Below, one piece after another: positions 34,635-38,036 of a stretch of DNA of 38,036 nucleotides. The position numbers and the translations under genes are program-made. Position 1 is the stretch's first letter; each line of letters opens with the position of its first letter. The stretch is from Octopus sinensis (Eukaryota): contig NW_021835830.1 in NCBI RefSeq assembly GCF_006345805.1, positions 1-38,036 of the forward strand. The letters run 5' to 3'. The notes beneath the pieces are model-generated. The model saw nothing but the letters and a program-made list of their open reading frames with translations. It had not been told where the DNA came from and ran no database searches.

Positions 34635-34665
<31 letters not shown>

Positions 34666-34790
34666 GTATATACAGACATACATACACAGACACATGTATT
34701 AGATATATACAACAATATATTTGTATATATACTAATATATAATTGAATGTATATGTGTGCGTAAATACGTGATTGTGAGTGTGTATACGT
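34480..34790. repeat. (CA)n/(TA)n compound microsatellite
   Basis: Direct reading. Confidence 0.92.
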
Positions 34791-34990
34791 AACGTATTGC
34801 GAAAATTAATCTGACTGGGGCTTCGCAATAAATTTGACTATTCTCTCAATAGATAAGAACAGTAAATGTTCTGCTATTGTTCTTAAACTAACTTTGAGAA
34901 AGGAATGGCCTCATGTTAACCATTGTATATACGTATATCTATATGTATCTATATGTATGTATGTATATATATAGGGTCGATATTGAAAAG

Positions 34991-35023
<33 letters not shown>

Positions 35024-35689
35024 ATATATATAATATGTATGCGTATATGGGTACAGGACGTCACAAAACGTAAACAAAATGAAATACGAAAACGATATGG
35101 ATTACGATATACGTAAACATGAAATACGAAGGCAAACCTGGTTATGCGAGCAACGAGAGAAAGAAATGGAAAACGAGAGAAGTAACATCAGTTGTCGGCT
35201 GTTTCTCTACTCCACATTTCGAGCAATTCACGACAATATGTGACTTCGAGAAACAGTTGCTCCCGCAAACCAAAATAAAATTTGGGATTAGCTGAGGGTC
35301 AAAGTTGGTAACAAAAGCAGGACATATAACAAACGAAACGAAGAGGAACGGTGTGGGCCGTTAGGCCAAATGAGTTGAAGTAGCGAACGCTGTAAGAATA
35401 TTCTTTGATAAGAGAAATGATAGGAATGGAGACAGATAAGAATGCCTCTGGTCTGTACCGACAGACTGAAGGAAAAGAAAGATGATCATCTGAGGAAAAG
35501 AAAGATAGACGATGGTCACGTGTGAGCAACCAGTGAGAATAAAAGAGGAAGAGTGTGAAGATTAGAGAAAGGATGGGAGAGAGAAAAGGAAAGGGGGCGT
35601 GAGAGAACAGTACAGGTTAGATCGATAAACTTACTTGGAAATGGATGCGTGGCGTTCAATCGTATAATAATATAAAAAAATATATATGC

Positions 35690-35752
35690 ATATATACATA
35701 CATATATGTACGTATATATATGTATATATGTATGTGTGTGTGTGTGTGTATG

Positions 35753-35818
<66 letters not shown>

Positions 35819-35830
35819 TGCATATATAAT
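35690..35830. repeat. (TA)/(GT)/(CA) microsatellite
   Basis: Direct reading. Confidence 0.95.
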
Positions 35831-35969
35831 TTAGTTCGGCCGGGGTCAGCGTTTTTATCTCTATTTCTCACGCAACGTCTTTCTTCCAGCCGTTTTATCA
35901 TATATATTTATATCTCCCTCTCTCTCTATAATTATAACTTAGGGTATCTACGAGATACCGCTTTGCTGA

Positions 35970-36520
35970 AAGTAGCGGGAAATTTAACTTAGCGGTTCCA
36001 CAAAAAAGTACTCGATACAATTGCAGGAGACTCACAAAAACGTGTACTGTGTTCCAAAAAGGTGTACTGTGTTCAACTAAGTCCTTCAAAGCGCTGCCCC
36101 AGTATGGCCGCAGTCCATTGACTGAAATAAATAACAGATAAGCGATATGTCAGAAAGTAGCGAATTAATTGAGCCGTTAGAGTGCTAGGCATAAATGCTT
36201 CGCAGTATTTTTTGTGATCCTTTGTGCTCTGAGAATTGTTATTCTCTCGGGCTCGATAGAAACTGTACCAATCGAAGGCAATGGGTTGTCAGACCTGCTA
36301 GAACATCGGACAGGATTCCTTGGGCTATTTTTGCCGGAATTTAGCGTCTCGACTTTAAATTCAGCCTGGGACATCTTTATTTTTTATTCTCTCAGGGTCG
36401 ATAAAACAATATCAATCCAACGCACTGGGTTGGTGGATCTGTCAGAACGCTGAATCCAATGCCTTGCAGTATTTTTTATGGAGGTATGCGTTCCGTGTTC
36501 AAATCCTGCCATGGCCAATT
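35970..36520. mobile_element. Degenerate SINE B tail (35970-36135) and SINE A remnants (36170-36520)
   Basis: AACTTAGCGGTTCC..GCTGCCCCAGTATGGCCGCAG; GGAATTTAGCGTCTCGACTTT..GGTCGATAAA. Confidence 0.6.
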
Positions 36521-37255
36521 TAGGTAGTAGCTTTAATCCGTCACCCAGTTTAACACGAGCAGCTGCTAATTTGGGTTCTTTTTACCAGAGCTCAACCCAC
36601 TGCAAGCATTGGAGACAGGTTCTCTTCAGTTTTGAGGTCATATTTTTCTTTTGTTGCCAAACAAACTCAGAGTCCATGTAGCAGATCGAGGGCACTGCTT
36701 TTCATTATGACCAGAACGATAAAGAACCTCCAGCCCCACAAAAAAAAAGCAACAAAAACCACGAAAAAAAACACCTCTCCCCCAAAAGTGAACGTTTATA
36801 CTACATTGCTAATCAGCGTTATATAGAACACTTCCAGAGCATCTTCTTATTTTCAGAACATATTTTACAAAAGCAATACACACCGTCAGCAATGTTTAAT
36901 TCAATGCTCGAAGGAGAATCATATTTGTAGTTGACCCTCATTTAGGATGTTATAATGAAGAGTAATTATTCCTGGCATACTACTTCCGCCTTCTGCTCTT
37001 GAAGAACGTAATTTTCTCATCTTTAATGAATGATTCCTGCAAATATGAGTTTATAAAATTGTAAGAGTCAATTAAATGCATGACTTGAAATAAGTATGGC
37101 CTTGAGCTTCCTTCAATTACATTTACATACAACAGAAGACGTTGATCTTTTGAATTTGCGTGAATAATACTTAGAGAGATCTGAATTCTTTCAACAGATG
37201 TATCTTTTGTAGAAATTTCCATAAAATTTTATGATTTTAATTAGATTTATTCCAG

Positions 37256-37750
37256 TTTTCAATCTTGTTGCGGTGAAATTCAACAAACAACGTAAGTGTA
37301 AGACGTCATGGAAGAAAGGACCGAAATGGCAAAGTAGGTGAATGTAAGGATTCAAGCAACTTCATTTATTTCATAAGTATGTGAACATACTTCATCTAAT
37401 TCCTACAGTTACGGGAGGTTGTAAGTATTCTTGTCAACCGCAGTCCGTGTGGCACCATGAATTTCTCACTCGCATAACACCTCATGGTTGTTAAACAACT
37501 GTGCCTCCCCAGATAAACATGTATTCAAAAAAATTATTCAAACCTTTTTTACTTACTTAAGTACTTCTCTCTCTCTCTCTCTATGTATCATAGGCTGTCG
37601 ACGTCTTTTTTCTACCATTCTCATCTCTGAGCCTCTTTTTTTTTTTTTTTGCTTTTCTCCATCAATATCCCTGCTTTTCAGCCCTACATCTGAATCACAC
37701 CTCTAACTATTTTAGGGCAACCTCTCTTCCGCCTCTCTCGTGGCTTCCAG
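37256..37750 (+). other. Candidate small phase-1 exons: 37256-37291, 37409-37420, 37682-37750
   Basis: AG acceptors and GT donors (two GTAAGT); lengths 36, 12 and 69 nt; open joint frame. Confidence 0.25.
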
Positions 37751-37889
37751 GTTAGGGCCTGTTGTGTTATCTTCGTGGGTAGAAGGAGAGTTTCGACATT
37801 GCCGTTTCTTTTCGGATTGTGGTGCACTTCATCATAAATAAGTTTCTCCGAGAGAAACCATTCCCGCCCAGATATTAATTCGTTTCGTA

Positions 37890-38000
37890 TTCTTCATTTG
37901 TATCAGTCATTAAACTGCGACCATGCTGGAGCACCGCCTTGAAGGTTTTAGTTGAACAAATGGACTTCAGGACTTATTTTTAATCCAAGTACTGTTTTGA
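37890..38000 (-). mobile_element. SINE family B 3' tail
   Basis: CATGCTGGAGCACCGCCTT reverse-complement tail motif. Confidence 0.75.
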
Positions 38001-38036
38001 GCCTACTACTTTTTAAGACTAGTATTTATTTCTAGC

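Noticed and set aside
36980-37222. 80-aa minus-strand ORF
   Set aside because: No recognisable domain; its internal acceptor at 37036 leads to stops or very short frames.

Overview
AT-rich animal DNA packed with microsatellites and decayed transposons. It is most likely from an octopus or other cephalopod, inferred from three tRNA-headed SINE families that I recognise from memory rather than by search. No complete protein-coding gene, rRNA, true tRNA or CRISPR array is supported, and most ORF-track entries are microsatellite translations. The window holds four R4/Dong-type LINE 3' relics stacked in (TAA)n tracts, four internally deleted Tc1/mariner elements, RTE LINE relics, about 30 SINE copies, a 36-bp palindromic minisatellite and several local duplications. 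A few weak candidate exons are also present. The most notable observation is that two divergent L1/Tx1-like 3' ends (ending 12080 and 20130) join SINE family B at the identical nucleotide just after its Pol III A-box. Both end in a covarying stem-loop plus AATAAA, and one carries a zinc-knuckle ORF1 with no ORF2. A third related 3' end sits in a (TTA)n tract. This suggests a sequence-specific, possibly ORF1-only, non-LTR retroelement family that targets a SINE promoter.
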